NCBI GenBank assembly: GCA_963782915.1
Contig: CAWALK010000015.1
Coordinates: forward strand, 128,001-192,000
Reading direction: 5' to 3'
DNA length: 64,000 nucleotides
Source of the DNA: an uncultured archaeon
GTDB taxonomy: Archaea > Thermoproteota > Bathyarchaeia > Bathyarchaeales > Bathycorpusculaceae
Shown here: piece by piece, positions 20,783 through 31,500 of the stretch
Position numbering within the stretch: position 1 is the first letter of the stretch
Layout of the letters: every line of letters begins with the position of its first letter
Made by a program: the position numbers and the translations under genes
The notes under the pieces: model-generated
The model's input: the letters and a program-made list of their open reading frames with translations, nothing else
What the model was told of the DNA's origin: nothing
Database searches by the model: none

Positions 20783-21042
20783 TTCTATAGTTGTTGTTGC
20801 CAAAAACCCCTTATACACAACAACAACCAGTGGGCTTGGTTATGTGATAGACCGCAAGCAAACCAACGGAGGTCTTTTGCTCTCACCGACCTACCCCCCT
20901 CTATTTATAGGCTCAATAAATGCTTAGCTGGGTGCTTGGGGATTGTATGGGTGCAGTCTTTTTGTTTGGAAGGCTATGGGTTTGTTGGGTCCTATGACGG
21001 TTTTGTTTGCAGTTGTTTTTAAATGAGATTTGGTTGGTTTGG
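20783..21042 (-). repeat. Dispersed non-coding repeat, long copy 1
   Basis: Reverse complement aligns by eye over ~260 bp with 57237-57496. Confidence 0.85.
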
Positions 21043-21212
21043 CTGGTAGCTGCTTTTGATTTCTGCGTTAAATGGCGATTGCCGACTGGTTGCGGCGATT
21101 TCTGCAAGCAGAACAAAAGAAAATTTTTTTTGACCTACTGATAGAGTGGAAAAAGTGGATCCTTTCCTTTTGGTTCTACAATAGGCACCTGCTATGGCTT
21201 AAGTTGGTTTAT

Positions 21213-22076
21213 CTATCCAAGTTCAAAGCTTGTAACACCAAAAATTTTGTTAAGCGGCAAATCCGGCGCTTTCCTAGTATACATCCTAAGCGTGCTAAAA
21301 ACTGGTTCCATACGGTATTTTTCTGCGAGTGCAATCCCTGCAGCGTTTGGTTCAGGTACATCGAGAAAAACGGTTTCCCCGCATACTGGCGTCGTTAAAC
21401 TATCAAAGAGCATCGTTGCATAGGCTGAATTCTCTGCGAAGAGGGGCCCAATTTTGTAGCCCTCCATGCATTTGCGGATAACACCATAACCACTGATTGC
21501 ATCTGTCTTTTGATTGCGGATTAACATGCTTGAGGCGTTCTTCTGATATAACCAACACTCAAGAAACCTTGACCTATCGAAACGGAAGCACCCCAAATCA
21601 TAAGTTGCTACCTCAGCAAAATCGTCCTTTTCAATGGGAAAACATCGCTTAGTAGGTGTATATTGTGCGGTTCCAGCGTATCGTGTGTTGCTGTATGCGA
21701 GTTTTAAGCCCTTGTGTGCATATTTATCTCGCATTCCAACGACGCCGTCTAAACCCAGATTCATTTCCCTGCATAGGTTTAGTGCATAATTTTGGATTTG
21801 CAATCCTATTCCTTTACCCCTGAACTCGGGTTTTACAATGTAGAGTCCCTCAAACACGAAATTCCCAGGATACTTTACCAGTGATATTGTGCCGACTATT
21901 TCGTTGCCCAGTTTAGCTGCATAGAAACCCGTTGGGTCTGCGTGGTAGAAGCATTCGGCGTCGTGGATGCCTGGGTTCCAGCCTTCTTTTTGTGCCCAAT
22001 TGATAGCGAGGTGTACTTCGCTTTGGGTCATTTGCTCAATGGTTATTTCGGGTTTGGTATTAGGGTAAGTGCTCAT
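21213..22076 (-). CDS. GNAT N-acetyltransferase (YitH-like tandem GNAT)
   Basis: WAQKEGWNPG..DAE, YIVKPEFRGKGIG, KIGPLFA, FGVTSFELG. Confidence 0.92.
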   Translation of the reverse strand: MSTYPNTKPEITIEQMTQSEVHLAINWAQKEGWNPGIHDAECFYHADPTGFYAAKLGNEIVGTISLVKYPGNFVFEGLYIVKPEFRGKGIGLQIQNYALNLCREMNLGLDGVVGMRDKYAHKGLKLAYSNTRYAGTAQYTPTKRCFPIEKDDFAEVATYDLGCFRFDRSRFLECWLYQKNASSMLIRNQKTDAISGYGVIRKCMEGYKIGPLFAENSAYATMLFDSLTTPVCGETVFLDVPEPNAAGIALAEKYRMEPVFSTLRMYTRKAPDLPLNKIFGVTSFELG

Positions 22077-22099
22077 GGTACAAAGGAAGCAGCCTATTG

Positions 22100-24210
22100 C
22101 TATTTATCGGTTGTTTTAGGTTTTTCTAGGTATTCAAGCATTTTTTCAGTGTCGTTGGTTGGTGGCATGCAGGTTTGGTTTTTGCAGACATAGGCGGTGG
22201 CTTTGCCATCGATTTTTTCGTAGCTTACGCCAACAGGAGCCGCTTTTGCCCGTTCAGGTGTCCAAAGTGTCAGGGTTAGGTTAGGTATGTATTGTCTTCT
22301 TAGAGTGGCAAGCATGCGTTGGGTGTCGTTATCCGCTGGGTCGCCTGCAACGACGACGTTGACGTTATATGATGGGCCAAGCAGAAAATCCAACCCTGCC
22401 AACATGAACGTGTGACCCATCGGATAACCCTTGATATCTTCCGCAAAAGCTCCAAGCATTTTAGATGCATATTGCTCGAAAGAAACCTCATTAGCCAAGC
22501 GAGATAACCGAAGCAAATCATGAAGCGCCACCGAATTGCCTGAAGGAACCGCACCATCGTAGTTCTGCTTAAGGCGCGGAACATCTGCTTCGCTGGTTTT
22601 GCCTGTGAAGTAGAAGCCTCCGTTTGCTTCATCCCAAAACTCCCCAATCATTGCATTGGTTAATTCTACGCTGGCCTGCAAATATTTCTCTTCAAAACCA
22701 GCCTCATAGAGCTCAATCAACCCATAAACCAGAAAAGCGTAATCATCCAAAAAGCCGCCTATCGCTTTTTCTCCTTTAGCATACCGATGATATAGCCTAT
22801 GGTCGCTTGTCTGCATTTCCTTTAGAATGAAATCAGCAGCTTTTTTGGCTGCTTGGAGATATTTCGTCGTCGCCCAATACTTGGCTTGCTTTGGCTAAGG
22901 CTGCAATCATTAAGCCGTTCCAATCGGTGAGTACTTTGTCGTCTTTAGCTGGATGCACACGCTTCTCACGCACTGCGTAGAGTAGCTGGGTTATTTTTGC
23001 GAGTTTGCCAATAACTTGATCCACAGACAGATTGGTTTGTGCAGCCATCTGTTCCAGTGGTACTGCTAGGTGGAGTATGTTTTTGCCATTTCTACCCTTA
23101 GGCGGCTCAACATAGTTACCCTCTGCTTTAACGCCGAAGAGTTTGATGGCAAAATCGGCGAGTTCAAGCGGCAGAGCCTCCTTGATTTGCGCTAATGTCC
23201 AGAGGTAGAATTTTCCTTCTTCGCCTTCGCTGTCCGCATCCTCTGCCGAGTAGAAGCCGCCCTCGGGCGACGCTAAATCTCTGAGTACGTAATCGAGGGT
23301 TTCTTTGGCGGTTACCATAAATTTGGGTGCACCCGACACCTGATACGCTTCCAAATATGCTAAGCTCAACATGGCTTGGTCGTATAGCATCTTCTCAAAA
23401 TGCGGCACCAGCCATCTGGCATCGGTGGAGTATCGGTGGAAACCTAATCCGATTTGGTCAAATATTCCGCCAAGCCGCATTGTCCGCAGGGTCCGCTCAA
23501 CCATGCTCCAAGCCGCTGGCTGTTTGGTTCTGTTGTAGTAGCGCATTAGGAACAGGAGGTTGTGGGGTGAGGGAAATTTCGGTGCTGAGCCGAACCCCGA
23601 GTTTTCGTGGTCGTAGGCTAAGAAGAGTTGGTCGTATGCTTCGTCGAGTTCCATTTTGCCAAGTTTAGCCTCATTGGATGGAGCGGCTTGCTGGGTTAAT
23701 TGCTCATTTAATTCCGTGCCCATAGTTTCCAATTCGTTTCGGCGGGTTTTCCAGATTTGCCCAAGCTGCGGAACAAGGCTTAACATGCCTATTGTGCCGT
23801 AGCGGTTTTCTTTGGGTATGTAGCTTGCCACAAAAAACGGTTTCTTCGAGGGCGACATGACTACGTTTAGGGGCCAACCGCAGCTTCTTCCCATAGCTTG
23901 ACAAACCGCCATGTAAGCGGCGTCGAGATCAGGGCGTTCCTCACGATCCACTTTTACACAGACAAAGGCTTGGTTGAGTAATTCGGCGACTTCTTGGTCT
24001 TCGAAGGATTCTTTTTCCATAACGTGGCACCAGTGGCAAGATGAGTAGCCGATGGAGACAAAAACGGGTTTATCTTCTGCTTGGGCTTTTTCGAAGGCTT
24101 CGCTGCTCCAGGGATACCAGTCTACGGGGTTGTAGGCGTGTTGGAGTAGGTAGGGGCTTTTTTGGTTTATGAGCCTATTAGGCTTCCTGATTTGAAGTTG
24201 GATTCTGCAA
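22100..24210 (-). CDS. YyaL/SSP411 thioredoxin-like (DUF255) domain protein (frameshift ~22860; start uncertain)
   Basis: [69 protein letters not shown]; ORFs 22833-24020 and 22100-22816 are two halves. Confidence 0.93.
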
Positions 24211-24279
24211 AAGATGGCGTCTCCTAATCTAGAATTGGCGTTTATTCTATTTAGCTTTAATAAAAAAAGAATTGTTGGT

Positions 24280-24900
24280 TTAGTAGTGGTAGACTGCTGT
24301 GGCGTTTACTTGGGCTGCTTCGTTAATGTTGCCGACTTTAACTTCCAAAGTTCCAGGCAGTACAGCGAACACGAGGATTCCCGAGGTTCCTAAGGTTTGG
24401 TTTGATGCCAAAGTGTAGGTGCTGCTAAAAACGTTTGTTACCTGCACATAAGTTGAGGTCACATTGGAGGTTCCTTCAACCACTACGTATCCTGCATAGT
24501 CTATGTTGCCGCTCCAAAGAGTCGTTGTTGCGTTGAGGTCTTGGCTGAAATTGCCGCTATAGAGGTTTCCATAGGTTGCTAAGTCAGCGATTTTTTGCAG
24601 GTTTTGGTATTCCGTGCCTAAGCTTGTTAAGGTGGCGTTGTATTCTGCTATTTGTGATTGTAGTGCTGCGATTTGGGCTGTATAGGTGCTGATGTTGGGT
24701 GCAGCAGCAATTTGTTGTTGCAACGCCGCTATCTGCTGGTTTAATGATGCGATGGTTTGGTCTTTCTCGGATATTTGTGTTTGAGTTGGAAGGTAGAGTG
24801 CAAAAGCGCCGACTGTGCTGGCGATGAGAACAACGCATACCACAGCCAATGCGATAAATTTCAGGTTACTATTGCCTTGTTGAGCCATTTTATATCTCAC
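24280..24900 (-). CDS. Membrane-anchored coiled-coil protein
   Basis: N-terminal TM followed by QIAALQ heptad repeats and a beta-rich C-terminus. Confidence 0.75.
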   Translation of the reverse strand: MRYKMAQQGNSNLKFIALAVVCVVLIASTVGAFALYLPTQTQISEKDQTIASLNQQIAALQQQIAAAPNISTYTAQIAALQSQIAEYNATLTSLGTEYQNLQKIADLATYGNLYSGNFSQDLNATTTLWSGNIDYAGYVVVEGTSNVTSTYVQVTNVFSSTYTLASNQTLGTSGILVFAVLPGTLEVKVGNINEAAQVNATAVYHY

Positions 24901-24984
24901 TGCTTTAGAGCCTGATAACCAAGGCGGTAGTTAAAATCTTTTTTTCCAAATTAAACCCAAAGAAGAAAAAAGTGATTTGCTTTT

Positions 24985-25419
24985 TTAGTATTTGACGCTC
25001 AAGTAGAAAAGCACCAACAGGGCACTCATCTCAAAGAGGTCTGGCAGAAACGCAAACGGTCCTAAACCGAATATGCCAAATCCGCCTAAAGCAATCACAA
25101 ATGGACTCAAAGTGATGTCTTTAATCAGTAGCATGAATGCGAAGAGCATTAATCCAAGTGTGAATTCGGATTTTGTCTTGCTGTAGATGCTTGCATAATT
25201 GAAGATCAAAACAGCCGTTAATACGATGTTGACTGTGGAGAGAACCGTTCGAACCATATAATAGAATTCAAGGTCCCCTGATGTGGTCCTAAACTGTCTT
25301 GGCATAAAGGGAAAACCGTTAGCTTGGCTAGTCTGATACGATGAAATAATAATTGCTAATACCGCAGTTAAACCTAACATGATGGCAAGCAAGATCAAGA
25401 TTTTTTGTGTTCTACTCAT
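24985..25419 (-). CDS. Membrane protein co-transcribed with the wHTH regulator
   Basis: About 4 TM; Y...KS.FTLGL motif. Confidence 0.8.
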   Translation of the reverse strand: MSRTQKILILLAIMLGLTAVLAIIISSYQTSQANGFPFMPRQFRTTSGDLEFYYMVRTVLSTVNIVLTAVLIFNYASIYSKTKSEFTLGLMLFAFMLLIKDITLSPFVIALGGFGIFGLGPFAFLPDLFEMSALLVLFYLSVKY

Positions 25420-25449
25420 TGTTTCTCCCTCTTTGGTCTTCTCCTTTTT

Positions 25450-25752
25450 CTACTTTTTCCCGATTTTACTGGTAATCTCCTCAAATAAGGCATAATTGTC
25501 CTCTAGCACTTGCGAAAGAAAATAGGTCGCTCCATATCTATCTCCAACTGAAGTTAGCATTTTGTTTTTCTCTAAAACTTCAAGGTGATGGCGCATCGTT
25601 TTATAATCCATCTTGAGCAAAGTTGCAAGTTGATTGGCGTTCTGAGGCGACTCTTTTAAGGCTATAATTATTTTTGCACGGGTCGGGCCACCTCTTGTGC
25701 CAGCAATGAGCCATCCAAGCAAATATTTTAGTGAACGCGCATTTACTGACAA
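25450..25752 (-). CDS. ArsR-like winged-helix regulator
   Basis: LGWLIAGTRGGPTRAKII..L...PQNANQLA..L.MDYKT.RHHL.VL. Confidence 0.9.
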   Translation of the reverse strand: MSVNARSLKYLLGWLIAGTRGGPTRAKIIIALKESPQNANQLATLLKMDYKTMRHHLEVLEKNKMLTSVGDRYGATYFLSQVLEDNYALFEEITSKIGKK

Positions 25753-25960
25753 TTCTTACCCTCCGTGCATGAGATTCTTATCACTCTGTGTTTAGCTTGA
25801 GTAAATAAATGTGAGCCTTTCTGGGGCTCCCAAACGGTTTTGATGATGGAATTTTCTTCAAAGCCTCCGCTTTACCGACCAGATCGCTTGAGCTATTGTC
25901 ATCTGAAATTTTGCTCCTGCGCTATATTGCTTGCATTTATTACATGTTAGCGATGTCCAA

Positions 25961-26003
25961 TTTGGGCTCAATTTGGGTAACATTTTGAAATATTATTTAA
26001 TAA
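25961..26003 (+). promoter_or_regulatory. 11-bp-period TTTGGG direct repeats upstream of a TATA-like box
   Basis: TTTGGG at 25961 and 25972, TTTTGA at 25983, then TTTAATAA at 25996; similar pair on the minus strand at 24945-24961. Confidence 0.5.
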
Positions 26004-26147
26004 TCAAACGGGGTAACCCAACTCAGAGACAGCCAAGAAGGAAAAGTGAATTTCCAAACGGCCATAAGCCCAAACTGCCCAAAATACCCCTTCATTATCC
26101 TTCTTGGTTGCACTCCAAATTTACAATTAAATTAGGTGCAAACTACA

Positions 26148-27608
26148 ATGGGAATATTCAGCAGAGCAATAAGGAACCTTTCACGAAGAAAAGTCCGATC
26201 ATTACTCGTTATTGTTGCATTAGCAATTTCACTTTCAATCATGGTTTCGATTCCTGCAGGCCTTTTAGCCAATCAGGAAGCCACCAGTGCAATGGCGGAT
26301 AATTTAGGATCAACCATCACCCAAACCAGCGAGTCAATCAATGCTTCGCTAAGTCAAATCGACGTTTCTATGTCGTCGAATTTTGCTGGGTTCGGTTTCA
26401 TTTCCTCAGATTCGGGAACTACCATAACGCCGCCTAGTGATGGACAACGGCCAAGTGGCAGCTCGGATCCATCGGATAGCAGCAATTTCCCTGACCGTTT
26501 CGGCGGATTCGGTGGCGGCGGAGTCACTGGCCAATTTGGCGGCGGTTCACGAGCAGCTACCCCCATGAATGCAAGCCTCTACTCGGACATTAGCGACATC
26601 TCGGGCGTTGCAGCTGTTGAAGAAATTTTGGAAGCCTCCGAAGGCGACACTAACCAAACAATAACTATGATGGGAAGAAGCTTCACTATGCAAATAACTG
26701 ATTACACAATCAAAGGTATACCCCTAACCTCCGATTTAATAACAGGCTATTCAGTGCTGCCAACCAATATCCTTGAAGGAAGAAACCTACAAGCAAACGA
26801 AAGCGGCGTCGTTTTACTAAGCGAAAATAATTCACGATTCTTTGATGCAGGCGTCGGCGACACAATAAAAATCCTCAACCAAACATTCACCGTAGTGGGC
26901 ATCTATCAGCCAGCATCAAACGATAACATCCAAACACTCTACATGAACCTCTCAGACGCCCAAACAGTAACCAACAACACTGGATACATAACAAGCCTCA
27001 AAGTCTTCACCACAAACAGCGACATCGTAGACACCGTTGCCTCAAGCATCAAATCATTACATTCAGAGGTAACCGTAACCACCCAACAAGACACACTAGA
27101 CCGCCTTCAACAGCAACAATCAATGTACACCTCAGCCCTTGAAAGTGCACAGGCATCCATCGCATCAACCCAAGCAACTGCAACACAAGAAATCATCGTA
27201 GTAGTCGCAGCATCAAGCCTAATCGTGCTCTTCGTAATGCTCTATACAGTGCGTGAAAGAACCAAAGAAATCGGCACCCTCAAAGCAATCGGTTTTAGCA
27301 ACAAAGTCGTCATGGGCCAATTCATCATCGAAGGCTTACTACTAAGCGCAATTGCAGGTGCAGTCGGCATAGGCATCGCAAGTGTCGCAGCGCCTACTTT
27401 ATCCTCACTGTTGCTTCCAAGCGTTGGGAGCAGCATGGGATTCACCCAAATCGTAAACGGCGGCGTCTCAGCCACCTCAGTTACGCTAAGTCCAACCCTT
27501 ATCTTCGAGGCGTTTGGCGCCGCCATAGCGCTTGGCGTTATAGGCAGCCTCTATCCCGCATGGAGAGCAGCAAAAATCAGACCAGCAGAGGCAATGAAAT
27601 ATGAGTAA
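26148..27608 (+). CDS. MacB/FtsX-like ABC transporter permease
   Basis: AIRNLSRRK.RSLL, VRERTKEIGTLKAIG, YPAWRAAKI.PAEAM. Confidence 0.93.
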   Translation: MGIFSRAIRNLSRRKVRSLLVIVALAISLSIMVSIPAGLLANQEATSAMADNLGSTITQTSESINASLSQIDVSMSSNFAGFGFISSDSGTTITPPSDGQRPSGSSDPSDSSNFPDRFGGFGGGGVTGQFGGGSRAATPMNASLYSDISDISGVAAVEEILEASEGDTNQTITMMGRSFTMQITDYTIKGIPLTSDLITGYSVLPTNILEGRNLQANESGVVLLSENNSRFFDAGVGDTIKILNQTFTVVGIYQPASNDNIQTLYMNLSDAQTVTNNTGYITSLKVFTTNSDIVDTVASSIKSLHSEVTVTTQQDTLDRLQQQQSMYTSALESAQASIASTQATATQEIIVVVAASSLIVLFVMLYTVRERTKEIGTLKAIGFSNKVVMGQFIIEGLLLSAIAGAVGIGIASVAAPTLSSLLLPSVGSSMGFTQIVNGGVSATSVTLSPTLIFEAFGAAIALGVIGSLYPAWRAAKIRPAEAMKYE

Positions 27609-28410
27609 ACCAGTCCTACAAATCGAAAACCTAAACAAAACCTACATGCTTGGCAAACGCCCAGTCAACGCCCTAACCAACCTCAGTCTACAGGTTAATC
27701 AGGGCGAATTCATAGCCATCATGGGACCTTCAGGCTCGGGCAAAACAACCCTGCTAAACGTCATCGGATGCATCGATAAACCTTCAAGCGGAAAAGTCCT
27801 CATAGACGGCATAGACGTAGGCAATACCCCTGAACATGAACTCTACAAGATCAGACGTGACAAGATGGGGTTTGTCTTCCAATCTTTCAACCTATTACCC
27901 TACCTAAATGCCAGAGAAAACGTCGAGTTACCCATGGAAGGCAAACAAAAATCAAGAGAAGAACGCAAAAAACGTGCAAGTGAACTCTTGGCTTTAGTTG
28001 GGCTTTCAGGAAGAGAAAACCATCGCCCCCAACGACTCAGCGCAGGAGAACAACAAAGAGTCGCCATAGCAAGAGCCCTAGCAAACAACCCCGCAATAAT
28101 ACTCGCAGACGAACCAACAGGCAATTTGGATTCAAAGAATAAACAGGAAATAATGAAGCTACTGGCAAACCTCAACATACAACAAGGCACCACAATAATC
28201 ATGGTTTCACATGACACTGACGCTGCAAGACACACCGAGCGTATGCTGTTGCTTAAGGATGGCAAAATAGTTAAAGAGAAAGAAGGTACCCATTGTGCTA
28301 AGAAGAACAGTAAATGTCCCAACTGTGGAGCAGCAATCAAATTGAATGACGATGTTTGTCCGTCATGCAAGAAGTCGCTGTTTGCAGCGGACGAATTCTT
28401 CACAACATAG
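27601..28410 (+). CDS. ABC transporter ATP-binding protein (LolD-like) with C-terminal Zn ribbon
   Basis: GPSGSGKTT, LSAGEQQRVAIARAL, ILADEPTGNLD; CPNC..CPSC tail. Confidence 0.95.
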   Translation: MSKPVLQIENLNKTYMLGKRPVNALTNLSLQVNQGEFIAIMGPSGSGKTTLLNVIGCIDKPSSGKVLIDGIDVGNTPEHELYKIRRDKMGFVFQSFNLLPYLNARENVELPMEGKQKSREERKKRASELLALVGLSGRENHRPQRLSAGEQQRVAIARALANNPAIILADEPTGNLDSKNKQEIMKLLANLNIQQGTTIIMVSHDTDAARHTERMLLLKDGKIVKEKEGTHCAKKNSKCPNCGAAIKLNDDVCPSCKKSLFAADEFFTT

Positions 28411-28421
28411 AGAGGGATAAA

Positions 28422-29636
28422 ATGGAGTCACCACCACAACAAATTCCAACATTTTCTCTTCCTCCACCACAAAAACCCAAACGCTCCCCGACCGTGCTCA
28501 TTGTTGTTTTGCTTTTGATAGGTTTAGTAGTGGGCGGCGGGATAGGTTATGCAGTTACTTATTCGGATTTTAACGGTAAATTAACGAATTTGCAGACGCA
28601 ACTGGGCCTCTACGAAGGTTCCGATAGGAACTCGCAGACGTATCTGCTAAACGATAACGTATCCCTTGCATCATTGTATCAGCATGTGAAGACTTCGGTG
28701 GTTGTAATTCAAGACCTTGTATCTGGCTACACCATGTTTGGCCAAAAAGTTTACACTCTCCAGCAGGGTTCAGGGTTCGTAACCGAAGTCAACAATCAAC
28801 GGGTCGTAGTAACCAACAATCACGTTATCGATGGCGCCATCAATTTTACCGTGACTTTCTCTGATGGCAACTCTTATCCTGCCACTGTGCTGGGTCAGGA
28901 TGCTAAAGCTGACTTGGCGATACTTTCCGTTTCGAACATGCCGAGTGGAGCTACAGGATTAACCCTTCTAAGCTCTTCAACTTTGAGCGTCGGAGACCCA
29001 GTAATAGCCGTCGGCACCCCATATGGCCTCTCAGGAACCCTAACAACGGGCATCGTGAGCGCTTTAGGCAGAACCATAGTAGAATCCTCAGATTCAAACC
29101 AAAACAGTGGACAACAAATCCCCGACACAATCCAAACAACCACACCCATCAACTCAGGCAACTCCGGCGGCCCATTACTCAACTATGCAGGACAAGTCGT
29201 AGGCATAACCACCGCAGGCATCAGCAACTCCGAAGGTTTAGGCTTCGCAATCCCCTCATCGACAATTATGCGTGAAATCGCCGATTTAGTTTCCTCTGGC
29301 AGCTATGATCAGCATCCATCCATAAACACCGAAGGCGTGGACATGAATTTCCCAATTGCCCAAGCTATGGGCGTTAGCGTATCCTATGGTTACTTGGTTG
29401 AGAGCGTTTCAACCAGCAACGGCTTGCAAGGCGGAAGCGCAATCAAAGCAATCCTCAACGACAACATCAAAATCGGCGGCGACGTAATCATCGCCATAAA
29501 CAACGTGCGAATAGCCAACACAGACGATTTGCTATCCTACCTCGAGCAGCATACGTTGCCGGGGCAAACGGTAGGTTTCACGGTGGTTCGAGGCGGACAA
29601 ACGCAGAACGTCCAAGTGACCATCGGAAAAGCCTAA
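28422..29636 (+). CDS. HtrA/DegP-like membrane-anchored serine protease with PDZ domain
   Basis: GSGF, TNNHV, DLAIL, INSGNSGGPL, GGDVIIAIN. Confidence 0.95.
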   Translation: MESPPQQIPTFSLPPPQKPKRSPTVLIVVLLLIGLVVGGGIGYAVTYSDFNGKLTNLQTQLGLYEGSDRNSQTYLLNDNVSLASLYQHVKTSVVVIQDLVSGYTMFGQKVYTLQQGSGFVTEVNNQRVVVTNNHVIDGAINFTVTFSDGNSYPATVLGQDAKADLAILSVSNMPSGATGLTLLSSSTLSVGDPVIAVGTPYGLSGTLTTGIVSALGRTIVESSDSNQNSGQQIPDTIQTTTPINSGNSGGPLLNYAGQVVGITTAGISNSEGLGFAIPSSTIMREIADLVSSGSYDQHPSINTEGVDMNFPIAQAMGVSVSYGYLVESVSTSNGLQGGSAIKAILNDNIKIGGDVIIAINNVRIANTDDLLSYLEQHTLPGQTVGFTVVRGGQTQNVQVTIGKA

Positions 29637-29749
29637 CTTCTTTTCTTTTTGCTTCTAACTTTTTAGTATTCGATTTTTTTTTAGGTCTATTTCCCTTCTG
29701 CGTTATGAGCGATAAAATTCCTTGGGACAGCATTGGTTGGTTGTTGGTG

Positions 29750-30342
29750 GAGGTGATTGCCTGATTAAAGGCTATGCGAGTACCAATTTGCATTGTGCTA
29801 TTCGTTGTTTGCAAAGTCATTCAGAAATTCTCTCTACCATAAGCGTACTAGTCAACAAAGAAAGAGTAACCTTAGCTGCAGTTCCAATGCTGGATAAATG
29901 CATACTTGGGCACGTGAAGCAACTGCTAGATTGCGTTTTTAATTTGGGTTTAACAATTAAGCTGCTCCTCTTTGATAGAGGATACTATTCGAGTGGATCT
30001 GCTAAATTTCTTGCACTCTTCAAAAATCAAGTATATCATGCATATTCCCTGGTTTGGTAAACCCTTGAAAAGTGGTGAAGACAGAGATTTATATGACTAC
30101 AACCCACAACAAGAGAAACAGCCAGCAGGCTGCTTTTAGGCTTGTAACCATGCGTCAAAGGGATAAATTGCTTATTTTTGCCACGAATACTTCTTTTAAG
30201 CCCAGAAGGCTCAGGAAAACGTTTAGGAAACGATGGGGTATTGAGACGAGCTTATCGCATGATCGGGATGTTTTTGGCTAAGACTACATCTAAGCTGTAT
30301 CAGCTGAGGCTTTTGTACTTCTTTTTGGCGGTGGTACTCTAT
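29750..30342 (+). mobile_element. Degraded ISH3-like (IS4 superfamily) transposase remnant
   Basis: Fragments in several frames: LLLFDRGYYS, IFATN, FRKRWGIETS/YR, RLLYFFLAVVLY; N-terminus missing. Confidence 0.75.
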
Positions 30343-30575
30343 ATAAGGGGAGGGGGCCTCGGAAGAGCAACAGAAGTTGCCTATTTATTCTTTAAATAAG
30401 GGAGGGGTAGGTGCCTTTGAGGTAGGTAGGTCCACCGGCACCTAAAACCGGGTTGCTTGCACAAACCGCCTCAACCAGCCAGCAGCCAATTACGAACGCC
30501 GAAGCCAAACACCACCCGCCTACAAGCCTTTCGTTGTTGTTGAAACAAGGCATAATCACAACAACAACTAACTAT
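30340..30575 (+). repeat. Dispersed non-coding repeat (two G-rich heads plus GTTGTTGTTG/CAACAACAAC hairpin)
   Basis: Shares TATAAGGGAGGGG.AGGT.C.TT..AGGTAGGTAG and GTTGTTGTTGAAACAAGGCA with 46748-46990. Confidence 0.75.
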
Positions 30576-30644
30576 GAAAAAATGATAGGTCTGTTGTAGT
30601 TTTGTCGCAGTCACAAATCGATATATGCTGTTAATGGTCGATGT

Positions 30645-30836
30645 ATGGTAAGGTGGTTAAATTTGGGTCAACCAATGTATGAATGCCCTTTCTGTGATGA
30701 TGCTCCGGTTTGGCGAACCCGCTATATGCTTTGGAGGCATATGCATGAATGTTTGCGTAAAGCGCAAGATTTTATTCCGGATGTTAGTGCGCCATCGGTT
30801 AGTGTACCCCGAAATGAAATGGTAATATCGCCTTAA
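30645..30836 (+). CDS. Small C2H2-like zinc-finger protein
   Basis: YECPFC..W.T...L.RHMHEC; T-tract after the stop. Confidence 0.6.
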   Translation: MVRWLNLGQPMYECPFCDDAPVWRTRYMLWRHMHECLRKAQDFIPDVSAPSVSVPRNEMVISP

Positions 30837-30914
30837 CAATTTTTTTTATTTTTTATTCAAAATAAGATCATAAGATCAAGTGTTTTCTTTGGTTATTGAA
30901 AAAAATGGTTCTGA

Positions 30915-31214
30915 CTAAATAACTGTCAATGTCAGCGTCGACTTGATACTGCTTAAATTTCTAATCTGCCTAAGAACCTCTTCACGCAAATACTCCAACG
31001 AATCCCCACTGACTTTAGCAACCAAATCATACGCTCCCCTAGATAGGTAAACTTCATCGACTGCATCGAGCTTCCTTAAATCTTCAAGTGCAAGGTGACT
31101 CTCATCTATTTCAGTTGTTATAAAAACAAAAGCGCTTCTCTTCTGCTTCAAAAAAGGTTCATTTTCTGCTGAAGCGCTTATTTCTGGCCGTTGGTCGGCA
31201 AAAACATTCTCCAA
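30915..31214 (-). CDS. Lrp/AsnC ligand-binding (RAM) domain protein
   Basis: AFVFI..V.EVY...GAYDLVAKV..IR....IKSTLTL; start TTG 31214 after AGGAG. Confidence 0.85.
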   Translation of the reverse strand: MENVFADQRPEISASAENEPFLKQKRSAFVFITTEIDESHLALEDLRKLDAVDEVYLSRGAYDLVAKVSGDSLEYLREEVLRQIRNLSSIKSTLTLTVI

Positions 31215-31500
31215 AATAATCAATCTCCTATTTGATACACACATTTGCCCAGTACAGGTATTAAATCTAAGTTGCTGCCTTGCTACAACAACAAATCGAT
31301 ATAACCGCGTAAAGGGTAATTTAATGTGCAGCTTGAAAAAGCTGGGGCTTGGCGAAAACCCGCTTTTAGCGTCTGCAGAAAGCGTGACGATGGCTTGGTG
31401 CGCCATTCGTAATATTATTTTTTCGCCATCTGGGAGGAAGTGAAGGAATGGGTGCTTGACTCATGCTTTCTATAAGCCAAGCCCGAAAACAAAAAAAAAA

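Noticed and set aside
25841-25905. Fluoride riboswitch-like GATGG.ATT start
   Set aside because: P1 pairing and the downstream TAATGAC.CCTA element are missing.
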